NCBI GenBank assembly: GCA_034520945.1
Contig: JAXHNB010000005.1
Span: 576,001 to 640,000 of the forward strand
From: Trueperaceae bacterium
GTDB taxonomy: Bacteria > Deinococcota > Deinococci > Deinococcales > Trueperaceae
Direction of reading: 5' to 3'
DNA length: 64,000 bases
In this document: in pieces, positions 55,294-64,000 of the stretch
How the letters are laid out: each line of letters begins with the position of its first letter
Position numbering within the stretch: the first letter of the stretch is position 1
The notes under the pieces: generated by a model
Told to the model about the DNA's origin: nothing
The model's database searches: none
What the model saw: only the letters and a program-made list of their open reading frames with translations
Position numbers and translations under genes: made by a program

Positions 55294-56052
55294 ATGCAAC
55301 GAGTCCGTTACCGAAGCTTCGACGGCGTCCACTGGGGCGAGGTGGAGGGCGGCCGCGTGCACCAGCTCACCGCCATGCTGGGCCGCCGTAGCGGCGCGGT
55401 CGTGCCCCTCACCGACGTGTCGCTGGTGGCGCCCTGCGACCCGCGCACCATCGTGTGCGTCGGCAAGAACTACGCCAGCCACGTCACCGAAATGGGCGGG
55501 GACGCCAGCGACCTACCCAGTGATCCGGGCCTGTTCCTGAAAGGCCTCAACGCCCTGGCCGGCCCCGGCGATCCCGTCCCCTACCCGCACTGGACGCAGA
55601 ACCTGCACTACGAGGGCGAGCTGGCCGTGGTCATCGCCCGCACCATGCGCAACGTCAGCGCCGCCGACGCGCTGGAGCACGTGCTGGGCTACACCTGCGC
55701 GCTGGACGTCACCGCCCGCGACAAGCAACGCAGCGACCTGCAGTGGGTGCGCGCCAAGAGCGCCGACGGGTTCTGCCCCGTCGGGCCGTGGATCGAGACC
55801 GACCTCGACCCCACCGACGTGCGCGTCCGCACGGTCATCAACGGCGAGACCCGGCAGGACGGGCACACACGCGACCTGATCTTCCCCGTCGCCGAGGTGC
55901 TGTCGTACGTCAGCGGCTTCATGACGCTCGTCCCCGGCGACCTGGTCCTTACCGGCACGCCTGAGGGGGTCGGCCCCCTCCGCGTCGGCGACGAGGTCCG
56001 GGTGCACGTCGGCGGCGTCGGCGACCTGACCGCTCTGGTCGAGGCGGCGTGA
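55294..56052 (+). CDS. Fumarylacetoacetate hydrolase family protein
   Basis: CVGKNY, YEGELAVVI, LTGTPEGVG. Confidence 0.93.
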   Translation: MQRVRYRSFDGVHWGEVEGGRVHQLTAMLGRRSGAVVPLTDVSLVAPCDPRTIVCVGKNYASHVTEMGGDASDLPSDPGLFLKGLNALAGPGDPVPYPHWTQNLHYEGELAVVIARTMRNVSAADALEHVLGYTCALDVTARDKQRSDLQWVRAKSADGFCPVGPWIETDLDPTDVRVRTVINGETRQDGHTRDLIFPVAEVLSYVSGFMTLVPGDLVLTGTPEGVGPLRVGDEVRVHVGGVGDLTALVEAA

Positions 56053-57017
56053 ACGACGTCCGAATCGGGCCGCCCGACCCCGCCCCGCCTCAGGATTTGG
56101 GCGGCGGTACCTGGCTGCTGGATACGGGCCTGGGCGGCATGCCCCGCACCATCGGCGTGTTCCTGCAGCACCTCCCCGACGGCCGCGCCGCGCTGATCGA
56201 GGCCGGCTCCGGCGCCACCGCCCAGGCGCTCCAGGCCCAACTGCAGGACCTCGGCGTCGGCCCGCGCGACCTGGCCGCGCTCATTGTCACGCACGTGCAC
56301 CTGGACCACGCCGCCGCCGCCGGGACGCTGTCCGCCTGGGCCGACGCGCCCGTCTACGTCCACCCGAGCGGCCTGCGCCACCTGCACGATCCCGCCAAGC
56401 TGTGGGCCAGCGCCGCACGCCTCTACGGTGACGCCATGGACGCCCTGTGGGGCCCCATGCAGCCCGTGCCCGAAGCGCGCTTGCAAGCGCTGGAGGACGG
56501 CCAGGAATTGACGCTGGGCGGCCGCAGCTACCGCGCGGTGCACACCCCCGGGCACGCCCGGCATCACCTGTCCCTGCTCGGGCCCGACGGCGAGGCGTAC
56601 GCCGGCGACGCGGCCGGCATCCAACTGCCCGGCAGCCCGCTCATCCGCCCGGCGCTGCCCCCACCCGACGTGGACCTGGAGGCGGCCGAGGCGTCGTGTC
56701 GCCGCCTGGCCGACGCGCGTCCCGCCCGGCTGCTGCTCACGCACTTCGGGCCGGTGGACGATCCGCAGGCGCACCTCGCGGCCGTGCCGGAACGCAACCG
56801 CGCCTGGGCGGAGGAGGTGCGCCGCGGCCTGGACGCCGGCGAGGACGAGGACGCCCTGATCCGCCGCATGGAGGCGCTGGAGGAGGCCGAGATGGACGAG
56901 GCCGGCCTCACCGGCCCGTCCGACACGCCCGTGCGCGCGCACCTGAAGGCCTCCAGCGACGCGCGCATGACGGTGATGGGGTTGGTGCGGTACTGGCGCA
57001 CCCGAACCCGCGACTGA
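56049..57017 (+). CDS. Metallo-beta-lactamase-fold hydrolase
   Basis: THVHLDH, TPGHARHH, GDAAG, THFG. Confidence 0.92.
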   Translation: MNDVRIGPPDPAPPQDLGGGTWLLDTGLGGMPRTIGVFLQHLPDGRAALIEAGSGATAQALQAQLQDLGVGPRDLAALIVTHVHLDHAAAAGTLSAWADAPVYVHPSGLRHLHDPAKLWASAARLYGDAMDALWGPMQPVPEARLQALEDGQELTLGGRSYRAVHTPGHARHHLSLLGPDGEAYAGDAAGIQLPGSPLIRPALPPPDVDLEAAEASCRRLADARPARLLLTHFGPVDDPQAHLAAVPERNRAWAEEVRRGLDAGEDEDALIRRMEALEEAEMDEAGLTGPSDTPVRAHLKASSDARMTVMGLVRYWRTRTRD

Positions 57018-57089
57018 GCGCGCGCCCGCACGCGCCTGGGCGGGACGTACGCCTCGCACGCCCGTCGCCCGGTACGGTACGCTCACAGC

Positions 57090-57812
57090 ATGGACCACCC
57101 CGCCGTCGCCCGCCGTAGGGCGCCCCTCGCGCTCGTGCTGGCCGTCGCGACGCTCCTGTGGAGCGCCTGCGCGCCGGCGGCCGACGAAGAGGGCGAGGCC
57201 GAAGCGCGCACCGACCCCACTGGCCCCGTCTCGTACGTGCCGACCGCGACCGGCGCCACCTGGAGCTACCTGCCCAACGGCGCGCCGCTGTCAGATCCGC
57301 GCGTGAACGTCACCATCGAGGGACCGACTGTGTTGGACGGCGACGTGGTGACCACCTGGCGGCAGGTCGGGCGCGGCTTCGACGTGCGCTACTTCCGCGA
57401 GCACACGGGTGAGGGCACCTTCCTGTTCCGCGAGGAGCGGCCCGGCACCATCATCACCTTCGACCCGCCCATCCGGGAACTCCCGCCAGGGCCGCTGCGC
57501 GTCGGCGCCACCTGGTCGGGCGACACCACCGCCACCCTCCGCTTCCCCGAAGCCGAGGAGGCCCAGAGCCGGGAGCAGCTGGAGGTGCAGTGGGTGTACA
57601 CGGTGGTCGATCGCCGCACCGTCAACGTGGTGGCCGGCGAGTTCGAAGCGTTCGTGCTCAACTTCACCAGCCGCAGCGTGAACGAGGACGGCGAGGTCGT
57701 CGACGAACTCACGCAAGAGACCTGGTTCTCCCCGTACCTGGGCGAGGTACGGACCGAGAACGGCTTCGTGCTGGTCGAATCCAACCTGCAGGGTCTGCCC
57801 CGGGCCGAATGA
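57090..57812 (+). CDS. Putative lipoprotein
   Basis: Hydrophobic signal with a WSAC lipobox-like motif. Confidence 0.7.
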   Translation: MDHPAVARRRAPLALVLAVATLLWSACAPAADEEGEAEARTDPTGPVSYVPTATGATWSYLPNGAPLSDPRVNVTIEGPTVLDGDVVTTWRQVGRGFDVRYFREHTGEGTFLFREERPGTIITFDPPIRELPPGPLRVGATWSGDTTATLRFPEAEEAQSREQLEVQWVYTVVDRRTVNVVAGEFEAFVLNFTSRSVNEDGEVVDELTQETWFSPYLGEVRTENGFVLVESNLQGLPRAE

Positions 57813-57889
57813 CGCGGTCCGACGCGCACGCGCCGCGCGGGGAACGCGGCGAGCGCGGCGGGCTGCAGGGGCAGGGAGGGAACCACGAC

Positions 57890-59824
57890 ATGGCACTCCT
57901 CGACGACATCCACACCCCCGCGGACCTGAAACGCCTCCCGCGCGAGAAGCTCCCGCAGGTCGCGGACGAGCTCCGCGCCGAGATCATCGCGATCTGCGCC
58001 CGCACCGGCGGGCACCTGGCGTCCAGCCTCGGCGCGGTCGAACTGACCGTCGCGATGCACTGGCTGTTCGACTCCACCTACGATCGCTTCGTGTGGGACG
58101 TGGGCCACCAGACGTACGGCCACAAGATCCTCACCGGCCGCCGCGATCGCCTGGACACCATCCGCAAGGACGGCGGGCTGGCCGGCTTCACCAGCGTCAG
58201 CGAGTCCCCCCACGACGCGCTCACCGTCGGGCACGCCTCCACCAGCCTGGCCGCCTCCCTCGGCATGGCGCTGGCCCGCGACGCCCGCGGGGAGGACTAC
58301 CGCGTCCTGTCCGTCATCGGCGACGGCGCCCTGACCGGCGGCATGGCGCTGGCGGCCCTGAACCAGATCGGGCACGTCAAACCCAAGATGACCGTCATCC
58401 TGAACGACAACGAAATGTCGATCAGCGAGAACGTCGGCGCGCTGAACCACTACATGCGCCAACTCCAGGTCCAACCCTGGGTGCAGCGCGCCGAAGTGAA
58501 GAGCAAGAAGGCCCTCTCCGACGTGTGGGAGCCGCTGGCGACCCTCGGCAGCCGCGCCAAGTCCGCCGCCCGCCGCTTCCTGGACCCCGCCAGCAACAAC
58601 CCGTTTCACGCCATGGGGCTCCGCTACGTCGGGCCGATCGACGGCCACGACGTGCTCCAGGTCCTGTACTACCTGGAACGCATCCGCGAGCTGGACGGCC
58701 CCACCATGCTCCACGTGCTGACCACCAAGGGCAAGGGCTACCAGGTGGCCGAGTCCGACCCGATCACCTGGCACGGCGCGTCGAAGTTCGATCCTGAGGC
58801 GCCCGTCCACGCCGGCAAGCCGTACCAGTGGTCCAACGCCTTCGGCGACGCCGCCATCCAACTGGCCGACCACGATGATCGCATCTGGGTGGTCACCCCC
58901 GCCATGCGCGAAGGCTCCGGCCTGGTGACCTACAGCCAACGCCACCCGGACCGCTACCTCGACGTCGGCATCGCCGAGGACGTCGCCGTCACCACCGCCG
59001 CCGGCCTCGCCCTGCGGGGCGAAAAGCCGATCGTGGCGATCTACTCCACCTTCCTGCAACGCGGCTACGACCAGGTGATCCACGACGTGTCGATCGAGAA
59101 CCTCGACGTGATCTTCGCCATCGACCGCGCCGGCCTGGTCGGCGGCGACGGCGCCACCCACCAGGGCGTGTACGACCTGGCCTACCTCCGCGCCCTCCCC
59201 AACCTGCAGATCGGCATGCCCCGCGACGCACGGCAGATGCGCGGCATGCTCAAGACCGCCCTGGCGGACGGCGGACCCAAGGCGGTCCGTTGGCCCCGCG
59301 GCCAGGTCGAGGCACCCCCCGACGCCGGCGTGGACGGCTGGGAGCCGGTCCCCTGGGGCCGCGGCGAAGTGCTGAAGGAGGGCCGCGACCTGTGGCTGGT
59401 GGGCCTCGGCCCCACCCTCGACTACGCGCTGGAGGCCGCCAATGAGGACCCACGCGTCGGCGTGGTCGACGCCCGTTTCGTCAAGCCGCTGGACGAGGCG
59501 CTGCTGCTGCGCCTGGCACGAACTGGCGCGCGCCTGGTCACCATCGAGGACCACGCCCTCCCGGGCGGTTTCGGCACCGCCGTCGCCGAACTGCTGAGCG
59601 ATCACGGCGTGCCGGCCCCCCTCACCCGCCTCGGCATTCCCGACGTGATCGTGCCGCACGGCTCGCCCGCCAAGCAGCACGAGGCACTCGGGTACGGCCC
59701 AGGCGCGCTGCGCCGGCGCATCCGGGCATGGCTGGACGAAGGCGAGTCCATTTCCAAGGAGGAGGAGACGGACACGGCGCGAGGCGGCACCTCCGGTGTC
59801 GCGGCGGCGGCCCGCAGCAGCTGA
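57890..59824 (+). CDS. dxs: 1-deoxy-D-xylulose-5-phosphate synthase
   Basis: GGHLASSLG, WDVGHQ, GDGALTGG, NDNEMSI, YSTFLQR, DRAGLVG. Confidence 0.97.
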   Translation: MALLDDIHTPADLKRLPREKLPQVADELRAEIIAICARTGGHLASSLGAVELTVAMHWLFDSTYDRFVWDVGHQTYGHKILTGRRDRLDTIRKDGGLAGFTSVSESPHDALTVGHASTSLAASLGMALARDARGEDYRVLSVIGDGALTGGMALAALNQIGHVKPKMTVILNDNEMSISENVGALNHYMRQLQVQPWVQRAEVKSKKALSDVWEPLATLGSRAKSAARRFLDPASNNPFHAMGLRYVGPIDGHDVLQVLYYLERIRELDGPTMLHVLTTKGKGYQVAESDPITWHGASKFDPEAPVHAGKPYQWSNAFGDAAIQLADHDDRIWVVTPAMREGSGLVTYSQRHPDRYLDVGIAEDVAVTTAAGLALRGEKPIVAIYSTFLQRGYDQVIHDVSIENLDVIFAIDRAGLVGGDGATHQGVYDLAYLRALPNLQIGMPRDARQMRGMLKTALADGGPKAVRWPRGQVEAPPDAGVDGWEPVPWGRGEVLKEGRDLWLVGLGPTLDYALEAANEDPRVGVVDARFVKPLDEALLLRLARTGARLVTIEDHALPGGFGTAVAELLSDHGVPAPLTRLGIPDVIVPHGSPAKQHEALGYGPGALRRRIRAWLDEGESISKEEETDTARGGTSGVAAAARSS

Positions 59825-59830
59825 GCCTGG

Positions 59831-59890
59831 CCCGGCCAGCGTCCCGCAGTGTCCGGCAGCGTCCGGCAGCGTTCGGCCGCGTGCCGGCGC
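59831..59890. repeat. Degenerate 10-bp tandem repeat (GTCCGGCAGC-like, 5-6 copies)
   Basis: Visible 10-bp periodicity. Confidence 0.6.
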
Positions 59891-59935
59891 ATCGCGGCCG
59901 CGCCCGCACGGCCGGCGGGGCCGCCGCCTAGCGCG

Positions 59936-59964
59936 TTGACAACCCCCAGGCGGTCGGGTATCCT
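59936..59964 (+). promoter_or_regulatory. Sigma70-type promoter of the tRNA operon
   Basis: TTGACA-17 bp-TATCCT. Confidence 0.8.
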
Positions 59965-60000
59965 CCCTCTTGCCCGCGCAGGATTGCGCGTCGCTGACGT

Positions 60001-60076
60001 GGAGCCGTAGTGTAGCGGTTAGCATATCTGCCTGTCACGCAGAAGGTCGCGGGTTCGAATCCCGTCGGCTCCGCCA
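60001..60076 (+). tRNA. tRNA-Asp(GTC)
   Basis: Cloverleaf, anticodon loop CTGTCAC, CCA end. Confidence 0.97.
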
Positions 60077-60114
60077 GCACCGGTCAGGGCGCCCCCAGGG
60101 GCGCCCGCCCGTGA

Positions 60115-60190
60115 GGCCAGGTAGCTCAGTCGGTAGAGCATGCGACTGAAAATCGCAGTGTCGGCGGTTCGATTCCGTCCCTGGCCACCA
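60115..60190 (+). tRNA. tRNA-Phe(GAA)
   Basis: Anticodon loop CTGAAAA, CCA end. Confidence 0.97.
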
Positions 60191-60216
60191 TTCACGTGTC
60201 GTCACTCCCGCGCCGC

Positions 60217-60291
60217 GCCAACGTAGCTCAGCGGTAGAGCAGTCGATTCGTAATCGACAGGTCGTCGGTTCAAATCCGACCGTTGGCTCCA
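60217..60291 (+). tRNA. tRNA-Thr(CGT)
   Basis: Anticodon loop TTCGTAA, CCA end. Confidence 0.96.
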
Positions 60292-60751
60292 GTCTCGAAC
60301 CCCGTCGCCGGCGGGGTTCGCTCGTCCGTGCCGTGGCGCGGGCCGGCCTCGGGCCCCATGCGAACGTCGTGGCGACCTCCTGCGTCGAGCCCCCTGTGGC
60401 GCGACCCCTTCACGTTCCGGCTGCCTGGACGACCGCGCCTGATTTCGGTCCGAAATGTGCCACCTCCGGCGCACCTGTTCACAGGCCGTCGTCGATGCCG
60501 AAGCAGCAGAGGGTCGTGCTGCACGTACGAACGGCGGTCGCGGTGCTCCCCCCACGGTGTATGCACCGTATGACGCATACGCGCGGTTTCCGTAGGGACG
60601 CCGACAACGCCCCCCCAACCCCCGTTCAGGAGGGGGCGAATGAAATAACCGACGGTTCGCGAGCCCGGCCCGGCCTATGCTTCGGACATCTCGGAACCGG
60701 CCCCCGCCGCACCACGGTCGACCGGGGCGTGAGCGGGGGAATCGACGAGGA

Positions 60752-61318
60752 ATGCGACTCTACTTCATTCGACACGGGGAACCCGACTACACCAGCCTGG
60801 GATCGCCCGGGCTGGGCACCCGCGCGCACGACCTGGCGCCGCTCACGCCGATCGGCCGCGTGCAGATCGACACCATCGCCCGCGACTACCGCCTGCAGGA
60901 GGTGGACGCGGTGCTGTCGTCGAGCTACGCCCGCTCGCTGGAGTCGGCGGCGCTGCTGGCGCGCTCGGTGGGGAAGCCGTTCTTCGTGGAGGTCGACCTG
61001 CACGAGTGGCGGGCGCACGCCGATCCGGCCCGCGAGCTCGATCCCGAACTGCTGCGCCGCGCCGGCGAGCGGCTGAAGTTCGGCGAGGACCCCGGCGAAG
61101 GGCCGTGGGAGACGCTGGACGAGGTGCGGGCGCGGGCGCTGAACGTGCTGCGCCGCTACCGCCGCTTCGCCGCGCTTGCGGTCGTGACGCACGCCGTGGT
61201 GATCGCCAGCGTGGTGGGCCGGCCGCGTCCGGTCGACCACGCCGAGATCGTGCCGTTCGACCTCGACCCCGATGCGCCGCCGCCGGTGCGCCGGACCGGA
61301 TCGCCGAAGGTGGGGTGA
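60752..61318 (+). CDS. Histidine phosphatase family protein
   Basis: FIRHGE, LHEW, VTHA. Confidence 0.9.
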   Translation: MRLYFIRHGEPDYTSLGSPGLGTRAHDLAPLTPIGRVQIDTIARDYRLQEVDAVLSSSYARSLESAALLARSVGKPFFVEVDLHEWRAHADPARELDPELLRRAGERLKFGEDPGEGPWETLDEVRARALNVLRRYRRFAALAVVTHAVVIASVVGRPRPVDHAEIVPFDLDPDAPPPVRRTGSPKVG

Positions 61319-61394
61319 AGGGTGGGGTGAGCCGGACCCGGCGCACCCGCGCGCCCGAGCCGGCGCACCCGCACCCGCGCGCCCGACCCGCGCG

Positions 61395-62108
61395 TCAGCG
61401 AACGCCGTGCAGGATCTCTTCGAGCCCGTCGAGGTCGCGGAGCAGGATTTCGCGGGGGAAGGTCGTGATCACGCCCTCGCTCTCCAGGGTCTTCAGGGCG
61501 CGGGTGACGGTCTCGCGGCTGGTGCCGGCCATGTTGGCCAACTCCTGGTGCGTGAGGCGGACGCGCGGGCCGTCGGCGGCCAGCTCGACCACGCCGCCGC
61601 GGAGGAGCCGCAGCAGCACGTAGGCGACGCGGCCCTGCGCGTCCTGGTAGGACAGCACCTGTGCTTCGTCGTCCATGCCGCGCAGGCGGCGCGCCAGGGT
61701 GGCGTTGACGTTCAGGGCGATGCTGGGGTTGTCGTGCATCAGGCGGTGGAAGTCGTCCCCGAACAACAGGAGCACCTCAACGGCGGTGGCGGCCGCCGCG
61801 GTGGCGCTGCGAGCGGTGTCGCCCAGGAGCGCCATCTCGCCGAAGAACTCCGGCGGGCGCAGCAGGGCGAGGGTCTTCTCGTGCCCGGCCAGGTCCACCT
61901 TGGACAGTTTGGCGGTGCCGCGGCGCAGCAGGTACACGGCCTCGCCCTCGTCCCCTTCGCGGAACAGCAACTCGCCCGGCGGGTAGGCGCGACGCTGCAC
62001 CGCGTCGGCGGCGATCTCCAGCGCGCGGGCCGGCGCGTTCGCGAACAGGGGGACGGTGGCGAGAAAGGAGACCAACGCCTCGTGGGAACGCTTCGCGTCA
62101 TCCGTCAT
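61395..62108 (-). CDS. Crp/Fnr family regulator
   Basis: FFGEMALL..RSA; LTHQELANMAGTSRETVTR. Confidence 0.95.
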   Translation of the reverse strand: MTDDAKRSHEALVSFLATVPLFANAPARALEIAADAVQRRAYPPGELLFREGDEGEAVYLLRRGTAKLSKVDLAGHEKTLALLRPPEFFGEMALLGDTARSATAAAATAVEVLLLFGDDFHRLMHDNPSIALNVNATLARRLRGMDDEAQVLSYQDAQGRVAYVLLRLLRGGVVELAADGPRVRLTHQELANMAGTSRETVTRALKTLESEGVITTFPREILLRDLDGLEEILHGVR

Positions 62109-62148
62109 CCGCGGGTGAGCCTACCACGCGGCTGCTAGCATTCGCTTC

Positions 62149-62826
62149 GTGACCGCCGTCCTGCGCTGCTCCTCGCTCCACCGAACCTTTCCCACCCCGG
62201 CCGGGCCGTTGCCGGTGCTGCAGGGGGTGGACCTCGCGGTGGCGCCGGGGCAGGTGGTCGCCATCCTGGGGCCTTCGGGCAGTGGAAAGACGACGCTGCT
62301 GCACCTGTTGGCGGGCCTGGACCGGCCCACCGGCGGCGAGGTGTGGTGGGGCGACCTGGCCGTGCACGCGCACGCGCCGAAGGCGTTGGCGCGCGAACGG
62401 ATGGCCCGCGTGGGGTTGGTGTTCCAGGACCCGCACCTGCTGCCGGAGCTGGACGCGCTTTCCAACGTGACCTTGCCGGGCCGCATTCGCGGCGCGGCGG
62501 ACGCGGCGCACGGGCGGGCGTTGCTGGACGCGGTCGGCATGGCCCAGCGCGCGGGGGCGCGGCCCGCGACGCTGTCGGGGGGCGAGCGGCAGCGGGTGGC
62601 GGTGGCGCGCGCGCTGTACGCCGACCCGCCGCTGATCCTGGCGGACGAGCCGACGGGCAGCCTGGACCGCGCGACCGCCCGCACCGTGTTCGCGTTGTTG
62701 GTGCGCCTGGCGCGGGAGCGGGGCCGCGCGGTGGTGATGGTCACGCACGACGAGGGGTTGGTGGAGGAGGTCGACGCGCGCTGGCACCTCGAGGGCGGCC
62801 GCTTGGCCGGGGCCGCGTCGGCGTAG
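62149..62826 (+). CDS. LolD-like ABC ATPase
   Basis: GPSGSGKTT, LSGGERQRVAVARAL, ADEPTGSLD. Confidence 0.9.
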   Translation: MTAVLRCSSLHRTFPTPAGPLPVLQGVDLAVAPGQVVAILGPSGSGKTTLLHLLAGLDRPTGGEVWWGDLAVHAHAPKALARERMARVGLVFQDPHLLPELDALSNVTLPGRIRGAADAAHGRALLDAVGMAQRAGARPATLSGGERQRVAVARALYADPPLILADEPTGSLDRATARTVFALLVRLARERGRAVVMVTHDEGLVEEVDARWHLEGGRLAGAASA

Positions 62827-62936
62827 CCCTGACCCTGCCGTGGCTGCGTGCTACACTTCGTAGCGACGCAGGAAATCCGTTTGCACGTGGGATTCGCTTA
62901 TGTGGACGGACCTGCAGCTACGCTCTAGGAGGTTTC

Positions 62937-64000
62937 ATGAAGAGAATCACACTCGCGTTGGCGGCCCTGTTGGTGTTCGGGTTCGCCGCTGCGCAAACCC
63001 TCGTGTACGGGCTGTCCGGGTTCCCCTCCAGCCTCGATTCGGTGGATTCCCAGGACGGCAACTCGCTGGTCGTCAGCGGCCAGATCACCGAGACGCTGAT
63101 CGGGTTCGCATCCGGGTCGACCGACCTCGAGCCGAAGCTGGCCACCTCGTGGTCCTCCAACGAGGACGGCAGCGTGTGGACGTTCGAACTGCGCGAAGGG
63201 GTGACCTTCCATGACGGCACGGCGTTCGACGCCGAGGCCGTGAAGTTCAACTTCGACCGCTGGAACCTCGTGGACCACGAGTACAGCCACCGCGACGAAG
63301 GCAAGACCTACGTGCCGTGGGGTTGGGTCTTCGGCGGCCCGCGCTCCGAAGGCGGCATTCTCGACGAGGTCGTGGTCGTGGATGATCACACGGTCGAGTT
63401 CCGCATGGCGCAGCCCACCCCGTTCCTCCCGGCGCAGCTGGCCGCGATCTACTTCCAGATCGATAGCCCGGCGGCCGTGAGAGAGCACGGCGCGGACTAC
63501 GGCACGCCCGGCGTCGGCAGCGTCGGCACCGGCCCGTTCGTGTTCGAGGAGTGGCGTGAAGGCGAGCAGGTTCGCCTGTCCCGCAACAACGAGTACTGGG
63601 GCGGCCCGGCCGAGCTCGAAGAGGTCGTGTTCCGCGGCATCAGCGAACCGACCGCCCGTCTGGCCGAACTGCAGGCCGGCGCGATCGACCTCGCCGTGCT
63701 GCTGTCCTCCGACGACCTGAACGCCGTTCAGAACGACGACTCGCTCGAGACCGCCATCGCGGACGCCGAGTTGAACGTCGGCTATCTGGCGTTCCACCAG
63801 TCCAACAGCCCCATGGACGACGTGCGGGTCCGGAAGGCCATCGCGCACGCCATCGACCGTGAAGCGATCGTGGATGCGTTCTACCAGGGTCTCGGCGTCG
63901 TCGCGGACGATCACCTGCCGCCCGCCCTGTTCGGGCACGGCGAGCCGTGGCCGTACGAGTACGACCCCGAGCGCGCCCAGGAACTCCTGGCCGAAGCGGG
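62937..64000 (+). CDS. Peptide ABC transporter substrate-binding protein (family 5), runs off the window
   Basis: Signal peptide; LATSW, LREGVTFHDGT, GTGPF, VRKAIAHAID. Confidence 0.92.
   Translation, partial: MKRITLALAALLVFGFAAAQTLVYGLSGFPSSLDSVDSQDGNSLVVSGQITETLIGFASGSTDLEPKLATSWSSNEDGSVWTFELREGVTFHDGTAFDAEAVKFNFDRWNLVDHEYSHRDEGKTYVPWGWVFGGPRSEGGILDEVVVVDDHTVEFRMAQPTPFLPAQLAAIYFQIDSPAAVREHGADYGTPGVGSVGTGPFVFEEWREGEQVRLSRNNEYWGGPAELEEVVFRGISEPTARLAELQAGAIDLAVLLSSDDLNAVQNDDSLETAIADAELNVGYLAFHQSNSPMDDVRVRKAIAHAIDREAIVDAFYQGLGVVADDHLPPALFGHGEPWPYEYDPERAQELLAEA

Noticed and set aside
57389..60025. Long antisense ORFs (e.g. 878 aa opposite dxs, 760 aa opposite ABC-F)
   Set aside because: Shadow ORFs caused by high-GC codon bias.

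Overview
High-GC bacterial DNA, probably Deinococcota: the tmRNA tag reads GNQNYALAA, matching the Deinococcus-type tag as I recall it. There are five zones. (1) 1-13.5 kb is a nested stack of mobile elements: a truncated group IIC intron, two IS1634, one IS3, two IS21, two IS110/IS1111 (one with a readable bridge RNA and a duplicated right end), and two divergent DUF1670-like modules that look like an unclassified mobile element. (2) 13.5-18.4 kb holds a 5'-truncated O-antigen-ligase-like gene and a lower-GC type IV minor-pilin cluster. (3) 18.6-30.2 kb is a SAM-I-controlled metY / metY-like / metX operon, followed by toxin-antitoxin cassettes interleaved with repeated metX 3' ends and degT remnants. 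(4) 30.5-47.1 kb is a frameshift-rich contractile injection system (eCIS) locus with three paralogous single-pass membrane proteins that share an N-terminal domain and differ in their C-terminal domains. (5) 47.1-64 kb is housekeeping DNA: ABC transporters, tmRNA, ABC-F, dxs, three tRNAs and a Crp-family regulator. All family assignments come from visual motif recognition; no database search was run.
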